A program made the position numbers and the translations under genes. From Chrysomallon squamiferum (lineage: Eukaryota; Animalia; Mollusca), in the NCBI GenBank assembly GCA_012295275.1, contig CM022666.1, positions 9,734,001 to 9,798,000 on the forward strand: 64,000 nucleotides of DNA. Direction: 5' to 3'. The notes beneath the pieces are model-generated. The model was not told the DNA's origin, made no database searches, and saw nothing but the letters and a program-made list of their open reading frames with translations. Position 1 is the first letter of the stretch. Each line of letters starts with the position of its first letter. Shown piece after piece: positions 13,557 to 27,278 of this stretch.

Positions 13557-14300
13557 TTATTATTATTATTATTGTTTAATTTATACTTTCAGTTTTATTA
13601 TTTAAACAACATGCACAAAAATACACACATGTATAAACCAACACATACACAAAAACAAACAGCCATATAGGGATATATATATGTGTGTGTGTATATACAT
13701 ACTGACACAGACACATGCACTCAAACATAGACACATATATCTACATATACACATGAATACACACAAAAAACAAATATATACACACACACATACATACATG
13801 TACACACACTGACAAACCACACATACACAAATATATTTAGACACAAAAGGTTAGATTGTGAAATAACTCACCAACTGTGAAGTCATTGTCAGCAGACCCA
13901 GTCTCTTCAGTGTCAGGTGGAATCAATGTATTGTTGTCAAGTGGAGACAAGTATGTTTCCGTGGTAACGTGAGGTCTTAAAACAGCACCAACACAACTTA
14001 TCTTTAGTATTTATTTTTATACAGTCACACAGACAGACAGACAGATAGATATCTTCTTACACTTGTTTTGTTTTTGTTTTCAGGGTTAAGAAGAGATAGA
14101 AATTATAGAAGAAAAGGATATAGAAAAACTGACAAACAGACAAATAGAGAGACAGATGAATAGACAAACAGACACACAAGCTATAAAGAGGAAACGAATC
14201 TATAGATATATTATAAACAGACAAACAGATAGAAAGAGAGGCATAGAGACAAAAAGAAAACAAGACAGTTATTTAATAATAATAACAATAAAAATAATAA

Positions 14301-14331
<31 letters not shown>

Positions 14332-16868
14332 AATTAAAAACTTACATATTGGATGATGGTGGTAAAGATTTTACTCCACTGAGCTTTAAATAGCGATAAT
14401 GTTCTCTGTAAATAAACATACACAGTATTATGTGTTCATCTGTTTTGTGTCTGTATTTCTGTGTGTGTATGTATGTATGTATGTATGTATGTATGTATGT
14501 GTGTGTTTATGTGAATTACATGAAGTCATTATCTATTAATAATAAAAAAACAAATTTCTAAAACTTACTTCAGCAGTATTTTGTAAATAATATAAAAAAA
14601 ATTCTAAAACTTACTTCAGAACTATTTTGTCAATAATATAATTTTTTTTACTAAAACTTACTTGAGCACTATTTTGCAAATAATATTAATTTTTTTTACA
14701 AAATACTTACTTGTGCACTATTTTGTAAATAATACAATTCTTTTTTTTACTAAAACTTACTTGAGCAGTATTTTGTAAATAATATAATTTCTTTTTTAGT
14801 AAACCTTACTTGAGCAGTATTTTGGAAATAATATATTCTTTTTTTTTTACTAAAACTTACTTAAGCATTATTTTGTTGTAGAAATCTTTCAGTTTTAAAT
14901 CACTTTTCTCTGGATTGTTTTGCAGCCAGTTTCGGATATATTTGTTTTCAAACTGCTCCAGAATTTCCTAGAATGTTTAAATTAATTTTTATTTTACATG
15001 CTTCTATGTAGATGAGCAACACCGTATAAAAATCAAAGTTTTATATTATTCAATTTTTAAAACTTGTAATAAAGAAGGAATAAGTTTAGAAATAACTTTT
15101 TAAAATGATTAAACAAACAAATGAATGAATAAATGAAAAAACAAATGAGGAAACAAATGAACAAACGAATAAATAAATGTTACATGACTTACTCTAAAAT
15201 GATTTCTTCCATGAAATCCAATAATATCTTCAATACCTGCCATTACATGATCAGTCACCTATGAAAAAAATTTAATTAGACCAGATATGAAAAAAGATAG
15301 AAAAAAAGAACAAAAGAAAGATGATGAAAGCAAGTAAAGAAGAAAGAAATAAAGAATACAAAAAAATGGAAGGAATAATGAATGAAAGAAGAAGAAAATA
15401 GAAAGAAGGATGTAAAAAAAGAACCAAAGAAAACAGAAAGAAAATGAAATAAATTATAATAATTTTAAGTAAAAACAAAATAACAATAATTTTCACATCT
15501 TACATCAAATGTTTTCATAACTCACTGAAATGACAACTCTTTAGCTCACTAAGGATTATAATTATCTGCTCACTTTACTCACCTCTTTACTTAGATTGCC
15601 TTCTTAGACACCTATGAGTTAACAATTTGAGAATTAACTTTTTACTCATATGATGAATAAACCATAAAACACTTTACTAGCTGTGAGTACAATTATCTAC
15701 TCACTTGAGACTTCAATTCACTTACTCACCTGAATATTAATTATTTACTCACAATAATTTATCTGAGGGTTCAGCTATGTAACTTGAAAAACATGAACTC
15801 TTTACTCACTATGAATGCAGTTATTTACTCACAGTGAGCACAACTGTTTACTCACCTCTGAGTTCAGTTCAATGTACATGGTCTGTGATTTCTCAGCTGC
15901 CAGTTTGACCTGGAAAAACCTCACTAATGGTTTGATTGTTGTACCCTGAATGAAAAAAAAAACCCACGTCTACCACTGGGCTTTGATCATGTTTCTTTGT
16001 GAAGAGACATTAACAAAGACGCAAACTTACTTTAGTGATATTACATTACATTACATTTTATTAAACTGTATTGTATTATATTGTATTGTATTATGTTGCA
16101 TTATATTGTATTGTACTGCTTTATGCTATGCTATGCTATGCTATAACTGTTATGCTCTGTTATTCTATGTTACATTATAGTTCATGTGGCAATAACAATC
16201 AGCTTTTACAATTTTATTCATTTATGATGTCATATAAAGTTAAAAAACAATTTTTTTTTTTTTTTTAAATCATCCTCTTTTTAAAAAAATCTCTTTTCAA
16301 TTTGCAGCATGTTTTAATTTTCAACAACAGGACAAGACATATCTGCATGTTTTACCTTAACTATATTCAACTGACCTGAATGAAAACTGTGAACATGATG
16401 ATGAAGAGGGTGGAAGTTACGAACATGTTCTTCATTGGAATTTCTTCCGAGTCCAGTAGAGCAACAAGAGAGAAGCAGACTGCACCTCGAAGACCACCAT
16501 ATGACTGAATCAATTTAAATATAAATAATTTATTTTCAGTAATAAACAAAAAACAACAACAAATAAGTAAATAAATAAATAAACAAAGAATCAAATAAAT
16601 AAATGAATAAATAAATAATCAAATATTTATATAAACAAACAAATAAAATTGATTTTAAATTAAATAAACAAACAAAGAAACAAACAACAACAAACAAATA
16701 ATAAACAGATACATCACTCAACAAATAAAAAGAAAACTGAAGCTACAATTAAGATTACAGAGGAAAGCGACTTACTATCATAAACTGTTCATCAAGTCCA
16801 ATCTTCCTCACTCTGTATCTGTCAAATCTGTTAATCAGAAATGACATTCCATACACAACTGAAATACA

Positions 16869-16899
<31 letters not shown>

Positions 16900-17121
16900 A
16901 GGAAGGTCATTCCATATGCAACTGAAATACAAACAGAAATATTAATAAATAAACAAACAAACAAACCAACAAATAAAAATAAATAACTATACAGAAATGT
17001 CATTCCATATTCAACTAAAATTCAACAAAGCAAGCAAGTAAATAAGTAGTTAAGTAAGTAAATAAATAAACAAATAAATAACAGAAATGTCATTCCACCT
17101 ACTACTGAAAAACAAATAAGA

Positions 17122-17152
<31 letters not shown>

Positions 17153-20100
17153 GAAAGAATAATAGAAATGTCATCCCACACAGAATAATAAACAAATAAA
17201 ATTATATAATATACAGTTGCAATATACGCATCCATTTAACATACCAGCATACTTACTGATAAAGTGATACACTAGTCCACAGTCAAATATCTAACATACT
17301 AACATATTTACTGACAAAGGAATACCTAGACAGAACAGTCCACAGTCTAAAGTCAAATATCTAACATACTAACATATTTACTGATAAAGGAATACCTAGA
17401 CAGAACAGTCCACAGTCTAAAGTCAAATATCTAACACACTAACATACTTACTGATAAAGCGATATACTAGACAGAACAGTCCACAGTCTAAAGTCAAATA
17501 TCTAACACACTAACATACTTACTGATAAAGCGATATACTAGACAGAACAGTCCACAGTGTAAAAGTCAAATATCTAACACACTAACATACTTACTGATAA
17601 AGCGATATACTAGACAGAACAGTCCACAGTGTAAAGTCAAATATCTAACATACTAACATATTTACTGATAAAGGAATACCTAGACAGAACAGTCCACAGT
17701 ATAAAGTCAAATATCTAACACACTAACATACTTACTGATAAAGCGATATACTAGACAGAACAGTCCACAGTGTAAAAGTCAAATATCTAACACACTAACA
17801 TACTTACTGATAAAGCGATATACTAGACAGAACAGCACAGTCCACAGAGTGAAACCAGTGTGCCAAATGTGATCTTGTCTTACCAGAGCCAGACCAAGAA
17901 AAAGAAAAATGACAATTTCCGAAGCTGAACTGTAAAACAAAATTAATCAGTACGATACATGTTTGTATGTGTTGGCAATCACTTGTTTATTTGGGTGTAT
18001 GTATGTGTATATCTGTGCATATCTGTATGTTGATTTATGTATATGTATGCGTGTGCATGTGTGTGTATGTGTAATGGAATTCCGATTGTTACATCCGCAC
18101 TTTTTATTTTTATGCCATGGAATTGAAATTGTGTAACTAATTGTAACTACAATCATATCAGTGCTTTTCATTGTTGCTGCCAATTTTTCAATTCCATGGC
18201 ATTCTTATAAAAGGGCTGGCACTTGGTAATTAGGCAGCGAAGGTGAAGGCCAACATGAGAACTCAGTCAGGAGGGGAAATTAATGTTTTTGAATGACATT
18301 GTCTTTACGGACAAGTATCGTTAGCAACTGTCTATTCTTATTTTGATAGGGTGTAATGTGCAATTAACCTGTGTCAGTAACATTTATTATACTGAAAATT
18401 ATAATGGTTTAATCTGTCCTCCTTGCAGATTCTTATTTTGTCTTGGATTCCTGTCTGACCTTACTTGTAACATTAATCAAAATTACTTAAATGTATGTTT
18501 TATGATTGTATAGTGTATTATTATCAAATCACCTGTATATCATAATTAAATAATTAACATGAACCTTAACTTGTGTTGTGTTTATTTCTCTAGTTAATAG
18601 ATAGACTTATTGATTTATATAGATTGCTGTCAAAAACACCTTGTTACCTTAGGCTGAGCCTTAATAAAACATTCATGATGTTTAATGGTGTGGACCCTGT
18701 AACAGTGTGTGTGTCTGTATGCATGTATGCTTGTGTGTTTATGTGAGTGGATACATATTTGTTATTATTATTTATATATTCATGCAATGAAGAAGTGCAA
18801 ATTCATATATCTATATAATTAAGTTTACCCCTACCCTTACCAAACTACTGATATAAAACAAATGATGCCATTTCCCCAATTTATATTATTTGTACATAAA
18901 AGATGACACCTCCCTTCATCAGTACAGTCTTTAAGAACATAACAAATGATGCCTCATTCCTTCTGTACAGATACTTGCTTAACTGGTATTGCATGAATGA
19001 TATTATGAAGATAGTTGTCCAATGTTAGTATAAGAAATAGATTAGTTGCACTCACCTGATAACTTTGGTAAAATATTTAACCGTGGTACGAGATTTGTCA
19101 CTTATGTTGTGGAAGGCATAGTGAACCTGAGTCAAACCACAACCAATTATACTGAAACAAATAGTGAGATGGTAACAGTAATTCTGAAACAAATAATGAG
19201 ACAGTAACAGTTATATTGAAACAATGAAACTGTAATAATACTGAAACAGATAGTGAGATGGTAACAATAATACTGAAATAAATAGTGGCAAGGTAATAAT
19301 GATACTGAAACAGGTAGTAAGATGGTATCAGTTATACTCAGATAGTGAGATGGTAACAATAATACTGAAATAAATAGTGAGATGATAACATTAAACTGAA
19401 ACTAATAGTGAGAAGGTGATAATAATACTGACATAGTTAGATGGTAACAATAATACTGAAATAATAGTGAGATAAAAACAGTCAAATTGAAACAAATATT
19501 GAGATAGTAACAATTATGCTGAAATAAATAGTGACAAGGTGATAATAATCCTGAAACAGGTAGTAAGATGGTATCAGTTATACTCAAATAGTGAGTTGTA
19601 ACAAGAATACTGAAATAACTAGTGAGATACTAATAATAATACCGAAACAAATAGTGAGATGCTAACAATAATACTGAAACAAATAGTGAGATGGTAACAG
19701 TAAACCTGAAACAAATAGTAACAGGGTGATAATAATACTGAAACAGTGAGATGATAATAATACTAAAATAAATAGATGGTAACAATGATGCTAAAAAAAA
19801 CACAGTGTAATACTAACAGCTATACTGAAACAAATAGTGAGTTAGTAACAGTAATAGTGAAACAAAAAGTGAGATGGTAACAATAACATTGAAATTGGCA
19901 GTCAGATGATAACAATAATACTGTAGCAGTGAGATGATAATATGGAAACAGATGTTGAGATGGTAACAGTAAAGGTGAAACAGACAGTGAGATGGTAGCA
20001 ATAATACTGAAACAAACAATGAGATAGCAGAGATTTTACAAAAACAAATAGTGAAATGATAGAACAATACTGAAATGGTGAGATGGTAAGACAAATACTG

Positions 20101-23100
20101 AAACAGTGTGAGATGGTAGTGAAAAACAAAAGTAATAAACAAACTAGCTATAGAATAATGAAATTAATAAAGTAAACTGGTGATAACAATTGTAGCAGCA
20201 GTAGTAGATGCAGTAGCAGAAATAACAAAAATGTTAATCATAAAGATTGAAATGAGAAACAAACGTATGAATAAACAAACAAATAAATTATTGTAATAAT
20301 AAATAACATAAAAGGTACTAAATAAATAATTCCACATTATTTACAAGATGATATGTAAATAAATATTAGAAGGTTTCTACAAAAACGATCACAGAAAAAA
20401 TAAATAAAAGAAAAACAACAGGTATTAATTACAGGTATAAACAAAAGGTACAAGTTGTAGGTACAAAACACATATATAAACTACAAGTAAAATGTAAAAA
20501 TAAAAGATAAAAAAATAAAGATGTAGATGTAAAAACTGCAGGTAGAAAATACAAATGTAGACAACATAAAAATTACAGGTAGAAATATTAGTGTAAACAA
20601 ATTATAAACACTGTAGGTAGAAAACACTACTTGCACACCTGATTATCCCAGAAAACTCAAAAAGTTCAGCAAGGAGAAATCCCAGGTAGGCCATTGTGTA
20701 GATAACAAGAGGCTGCAGTACTGAAAGTAATTTAAAAATGAACTGAAATACACCACGTTAAACTGAAATACAATAGACTGACACTGAACTGAAATACAAC
20801 TGTTTTCAATTAAACAGAAATATAGTTATTTAAAACTGAACTGAAATACAGTTGTTTAAAACAGAACTGAAATACAGTTGTTCAAATCCGAACTAAAATA
20901 CAGTTGTTTAAAGCTAAACAGAAAACAACATTTAAAACTAAACTGAAATACACTAGATTAAAACTGAACTGAAATACAATAGTTTTAAACTAAACAGAAA
21001 TACAAATGATTAAAACTAAACTGAAATAAGCAGATTAAAACAGAACTGAAATACAACACTTTAAAACTAAACTGAAATATAGTAGATTAAAACTAAATAG
21101 AAATACAGTAGATTTAAACTAAACTGAAATACAACACTTTAAAACTAAACTGAAATACAGTAGATTAAAACTAAAACTTATATAGTAGTTTGAACCTTAA
21201 ATGAAAATTATAATACATCTCTAAAGTGATTAATCAAAACAAAAAAACAAATGAAAAAAATGTTTACAGATTTAGTTAAATAATTTCAGTGTAGGATTAC
21301 TTGCTTTTTAAACAGATACTGTCTTTCATAAATATAACTACAATTAAAGTTTATGCAAAACATTTATGTATTGAGCTTTACTCTCTTTATTGGTGATATC
21401 AGGTGGTATTACCATTAAATGAGAAATAAATAAGCCACAGTAAAAATATATAATATTATATACCCAAGATTCTGTCACTACTAAGGAAGATGAAGTAAAA
21501 TCTTGACAAGTATGTCTTACATTAAATGTACTGAAGATGACAGTTAAAAGAAAGTGTTGATTAATAACACAGCCCACCTTTCACTTTAGTTGTGTATCTT
21601 GTCAGAACAGCAGTACACAAACCTGCCAACACACCCAGAAACAACCCACCAAAACAGACAACAAAAAACTTCACCATTCCTAGAACAATCTAAAATTTAA
21701 AAAAAACAAAAAAAAAACAACAACAGAAAAACAAAAATTAAATGTTAAATGAAAGTTTTTTAACAGTTTGTGTATTAACTAGAAAATATTTTATTGAAAT
21801 AGCAAATAATATTAACAGATAAAGAAGATGACAATGACCATAACCTGTGATCTTATACATCAAATCAGATAGTCATAATTCAATAATTTTTATATCAGTT
21901 CCTTGATCATAGTTTATGTGGTTGCAGAAATGATGAAAAGTTTTCAACAAGCATTACAAACATCCTTCAAAAATATCTTTAACATTAAATTTTTTTATAT
22001 ATCTGTATGTTTGTTTATTTTATGTTTTCCAGCAGTTATCTGATACAGTATTTATATAGCTTTTTCTGTCAAAACATCAAATCTCAAATAAAACACACTG
22101 AGGTGTAGACTGTTACTACAAACATACCTGGTCTGCAGGTATTGAATCCATTGTGTTAAAAGCCTGCATCACTTTATACAAAACAACAGTCACTCCATCT
22201 ATGAAGTAAATAAATAAATAAATAAATATGCAGATAAATAACAAACAAAGAAATATATATATCTAATATTCCTGAAAATAAGTTTAATCATTGAACTGGC
22301 CAGAGCTGGTGATGGTCCATGGAAAATGTGGACATCCACAAAGCCAAGTGTTTGCAGAAACAGCAAATTATAGCATTAAGGACATACTTGTTTGTTGATT
22401 AGTTCATAACAATACAACTGATTGGACTGTTGGACTCAAATTTGTTCAGTTTCAGAACTCGTCTTCACAGTGGATTTAATTGTTCCCCATTTACATTCCT
22501 GTTGGGTTCTGGTGTTCACACTGGCTAATCATTATCTGGCCTCCCTTTTTGAAATTAACCATTGACCTGTGGGGATGGTCTATTTGCAGCCACATATTGC
22601 CAATTTTCTAGGTAAATCAGATAATTTTTTTACACATATTTTCAGAAAGTTTTGGCATTTTACATATTTCCTGTAATACACACATACACACATATATGTT
22701 TATGTGTGTGTATATGTTTGTGAGTATATGTGTGTGTGTGTGTGTGTGTGTCTGTTTGTGTGTGTGTGTTGTGTGTGTGCATGTTTTAATACTATTATTA
22801 ATTATCATTTCTATATAAGTGATAAATTTGGACTATTAAAATGATAGATGTAATAAAATACTAGTGTGTAATTCTGTATATAGAAAACAGCTAAGTGTGA
22901 AATATTAAAAGTTTAACACTCTTGTTATCACTGACAGCTCACTCACCATTAAGTAAAGACTCTCCAAACACGAGAAAATACAACACATGATTTACACGAA
23001 CCTCCTGAAACACTGCCAGAACCTGAACATGTAAAAATAATAATACTGGTAAGAACAGTTACACAGGTAAGAATTTTAACACAGGTAACAATGATAATAT

Positions 23101-24049
23101 GTATAAATAGTAATACAATTAAGAATGATAACATGTTAAAATGATAATAGATAATGAACACAGGTAAGAATGATAATAGATGAGAACAGTAACACAGGTA
23201 ACAATGATAATAGGTGAGAATAGTAACACAGGTAAGAATGATGATAGGTGAGAATAGTAACAATGATAATAGGTGAGAATAGTAATACAGGTACGAATAA
23301 CAACAGGTATAAATAGTAAAAGACAAGTAAGAATTGTGATAAAGAAAAAACATACAGGTAAGAAAGCTAGGTAACTACTTACAGCAACTGGGTCGACGGC
23401 TACAATAAGAGAAGAGAAGACGAGAATTTGAACGAGAGACAACTGCATCGGCAGACTTCCCATTGCACCACTAATAGCCAACCCATATAGTGTGAGGCCT
23501 GGAGTATAATGGGAAAAAAGGAATAATGAAAGTAAAAATAGGGAAAATGAAAACAGGGAATAAAATTGAGAATAATGAAAAGTGGAAATAATAAAACCAG
23601 GGAATAAAATAGGAATAAGGAAAACTAGGAATAATGAAAGCAGGGAATAAAAAAACAAGGAATAATGAAAACAGAGGATAAAAAACAAGGAATAATGAAA
23701 AAGAAATAAAACAGGCAATAATGAAACCTGAGAATAATAAAATAGGGGATAATGTAATAAAAACATAAAAAAGGAATGCTATTATCAGTGGGAATTATCT
23801 AAACATAGCAGATATTATGAACACAGGCACTGATGTAAATGTTAGATATTAGTTTGAAAGCAGGGAATGCTATACAGGCGGGAATGGTGAAATCATAAGG
23901 AACAGTATGAATGTGTATATATTTATATCTGTGTATGATTACATTGACAATATCTTACTTACCCAGCATGAAACATGCTAATACTGTTCCCTGAAAGATA
24001 AAATTATATTTAATTAATAAATTAACGTTAAAAAACTAGAGAGATAAAA

Positions 24050-24084
<35 letters not shown>

Positions 24085-25607
24085 GAGAGACAGAGAGACA
24101 GATGGATAGATAGATGGATCGATGGATAGGGTGGACAGATATATAGAGAGATATACAGAAAAACTGACAGTTATATTTGTAAATAAATAAATAAATAAAT
24201 AAAATATTATACATTTTTCTATTACAATCAAAGAAAATAAAAATATATTTATTTCCCATTACTATATTAAAAGATATTTAGACACACATACAGTGGGTCT
24301 GTGGATCTCATGTTAAAATTGTTTGATCTAATAAGAAAAAAAATGAAGAAAAATCTCACAACAACAGCAAAGAGTAAGACACTGCCAATGTTATCAGCAA
24401 ATGTCCGATCATGAAGGCTAAATGCAGACTCGAGAATAATCCTGAAAATAAAACCATTTTTAATTGCAAGATGTAAGTTAAATATCTACCTTGTAAGTCA
24501 TTTAATTATGTCATGTTATACAGATATTTGTGATATGTAATATTTAGTCATTGTCCTGATTTACTGTGTTTGTTTGTGCATATCATAATGAAATACAATA
24601 TTATACATAAAATAAATAGATACAGATATATATATATATATTCATAAATACATACAGTATAAAGACAGTATATACATAAACACATATGTAAAGACACATA
24701 CACACACAAAAATACACATATACATGTACATATATACAACAGATAGAGAGAGACATACATACATACATACTTAAATACACCACACATCCTCTCTCTGTTG
24801 CTCACACACAGACACAGGCATTTATAAATATTTTGAAATACTCACGGAGGCAAGAGAAACAGGAAAAAATCATGGGGTGCAAAAAACAATGGCAAGTACT
24901 CTGCTACTCCTATGAAACTGTAAATTAACAAATAATAACATTATTTTAGTGAGAGAAAGAGAGAGATATTTAACAGATTTATAGAGATGCACATAAGCAG
25001 TAAATACAGCAAAAACACAGACAAACATAAAATACAGAAAAACAAATGAAAATTGAAATAATGTAATACAAAATTATCTTACTGGATGACATTTCCAAAC
25101 AGTGGTCCTGAAACAATTAATACAGAGAGAAAGATGTAGATAGACAGACAGACAGACAGACAGTTAAAAATGAAATAATATAATACAGAATACCTTACTG
25201 GACAATTTCTCCAAACACCTGTCCTTAAATGATTAATACACAGAGAAAAATACATTCAGACAAAAATCTAAAATAAAATAAATTAGCTTACTGTGATATA
25301 GCTCCAAATATTGTCCCTAAAATAATCAGCATACTGAAACAAAAACAATGTTATGGATAATGTATTTCTTGATTATCAAAATTATTGATAAATTATTGAT
25401 AAATATTCCCAGACAAAACACCCTCTTGTTCGAAGAATATCTTATATCATAATATAAGTGTATACGCAAATTTAAATGTACATGCATGTGCATAATTACA
25501 TGGTGGTGCTTGGCAGATATAAATGTATGTGCAGGTCTAAATTAAGCAATAGTATCTGTTTGATTGTGAAAACTCCTTCTAAAGTAAGTGATAAACTTGT
25601 TATTATT

Positions 25608-25691
<84 letters not shown>

Positions 25692-27231
25692 CAATTGTTA
25701 CAGAATTCAAATCAGAAAACAGAATAAAATGAAGTAAAATAAATAAATAAATAAAGGGAATAAAGAGGGAAAAAACAAACAGAAAAACAAAAAATAAATA
25801 TAAATTAAATAAATAATTAATAAGTAACAGAAAATAAATAAGTACAATAAATAAATAAATAAGTAAAACAAATAAATAAGTAAATAAATAAAACAAATAA
25901 ATAAGTAAATAAATAAACACAATCCTACCATGATTCTGGTACTTTTGCTGATAAGAAGTTTGCATAATGGTAAACTGAAATAGAATGAATGAATGACTGA
26001 ATGACTGAATAATAAATGATTATTGTATTATGTTATTTTGTATAGTGGTAAATAAGGAAACATGCTGTTGTCATTCAGTGAGTTACTCACAATGATTAAT
26101 GTCATTGCACAAAAGTAATAAAAGTGAGACTTGGTGAACACCATCATCATTACTGTGCTTGTTAATAATACAATGACAGTGAAGGTCATCATAAATGATG
26201 AGATTTGTAAATTTATATTAAGTTTTAAATTCAAAATTATTTATTTATTTATTTATTCATTTAATTTTTTTTTTTTTTGATAAACACAATGGCTGCAATT
26301 GCCGTAAAAGAAAACCATGGTTGGAATGATGATAAAGTTAAAATGCTTCCTGATCTTATTATGTATTCAAAAACCTTTATAAATAATTTTAAAAATATAT
26401 ATAAAAAATTTAAATTATAGTAAAACAATCCTTTAATAACTTTAATTTTGTGAACAATTAAAATAAAAATGCAAAGCAATGTTTTAATAACTTTTTCCTG
26501 AGAAAAAACAAACCTGTAACATGGAAATTTAATACAGTATTTGAGACATTGCTATACAGTATAAAACATTAAATATTAAAAATAATTAATAACAATAAGA
26601 CAATAATAAATTCTAAGTTCAGAAATAGACATACTCATACCAGAAATGAAAACATTTTTCAACAAGATTTTTTAAAAATACGTCTAAATTAAACTGACAA
26701 ATTATGAAAGTTTTAAAAGATATTTTTGAACATAACAATTATGTATTATTATTATTTAACATACACCCAAAATTATATATTTGTGTATATATTATTATGT
26801 TATATACAGATTTTAAATGTAACATTAGTGAATGGTTATTTGTTTAAAAATAAATCAACACATTCAAATGTTAAAAATTGTTAGTTAATAAACATACTGT
26901 TAAAATATACTGTTTACATAATGATGTATTTTAGAGATGAAACCTAATTAATCTAATGTTATCAGTACTAGTAATGTAATTAAGAAATAACTACTCATAT
27001 ATATATATATATATTGGTTCTCTGGATGGAATAGGAAATTGTCTAACCAGCATGCTGCAAAGTACTGGTCCTGTGACAATCATGTGTTAAGTGAATTGAT
27101 TTCTCTCTCTTTCTCCATATATATATCTACATATGCTTATATTATATATACACACATACATACATACATACATACATAACTAAATACATACGTATACATA
27201 CATTCATAAAGGCATGCAAACATAAATATAA

Positions 27232-27278
<47 letters not shown>

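Noticed and set aside
17237-17846. Regularly spaced repeats resembling a CRISPR array
   Set aside because: Whole units repeat with no unique spacers, the context is a eukaryotic intron, and no cas genes are present.
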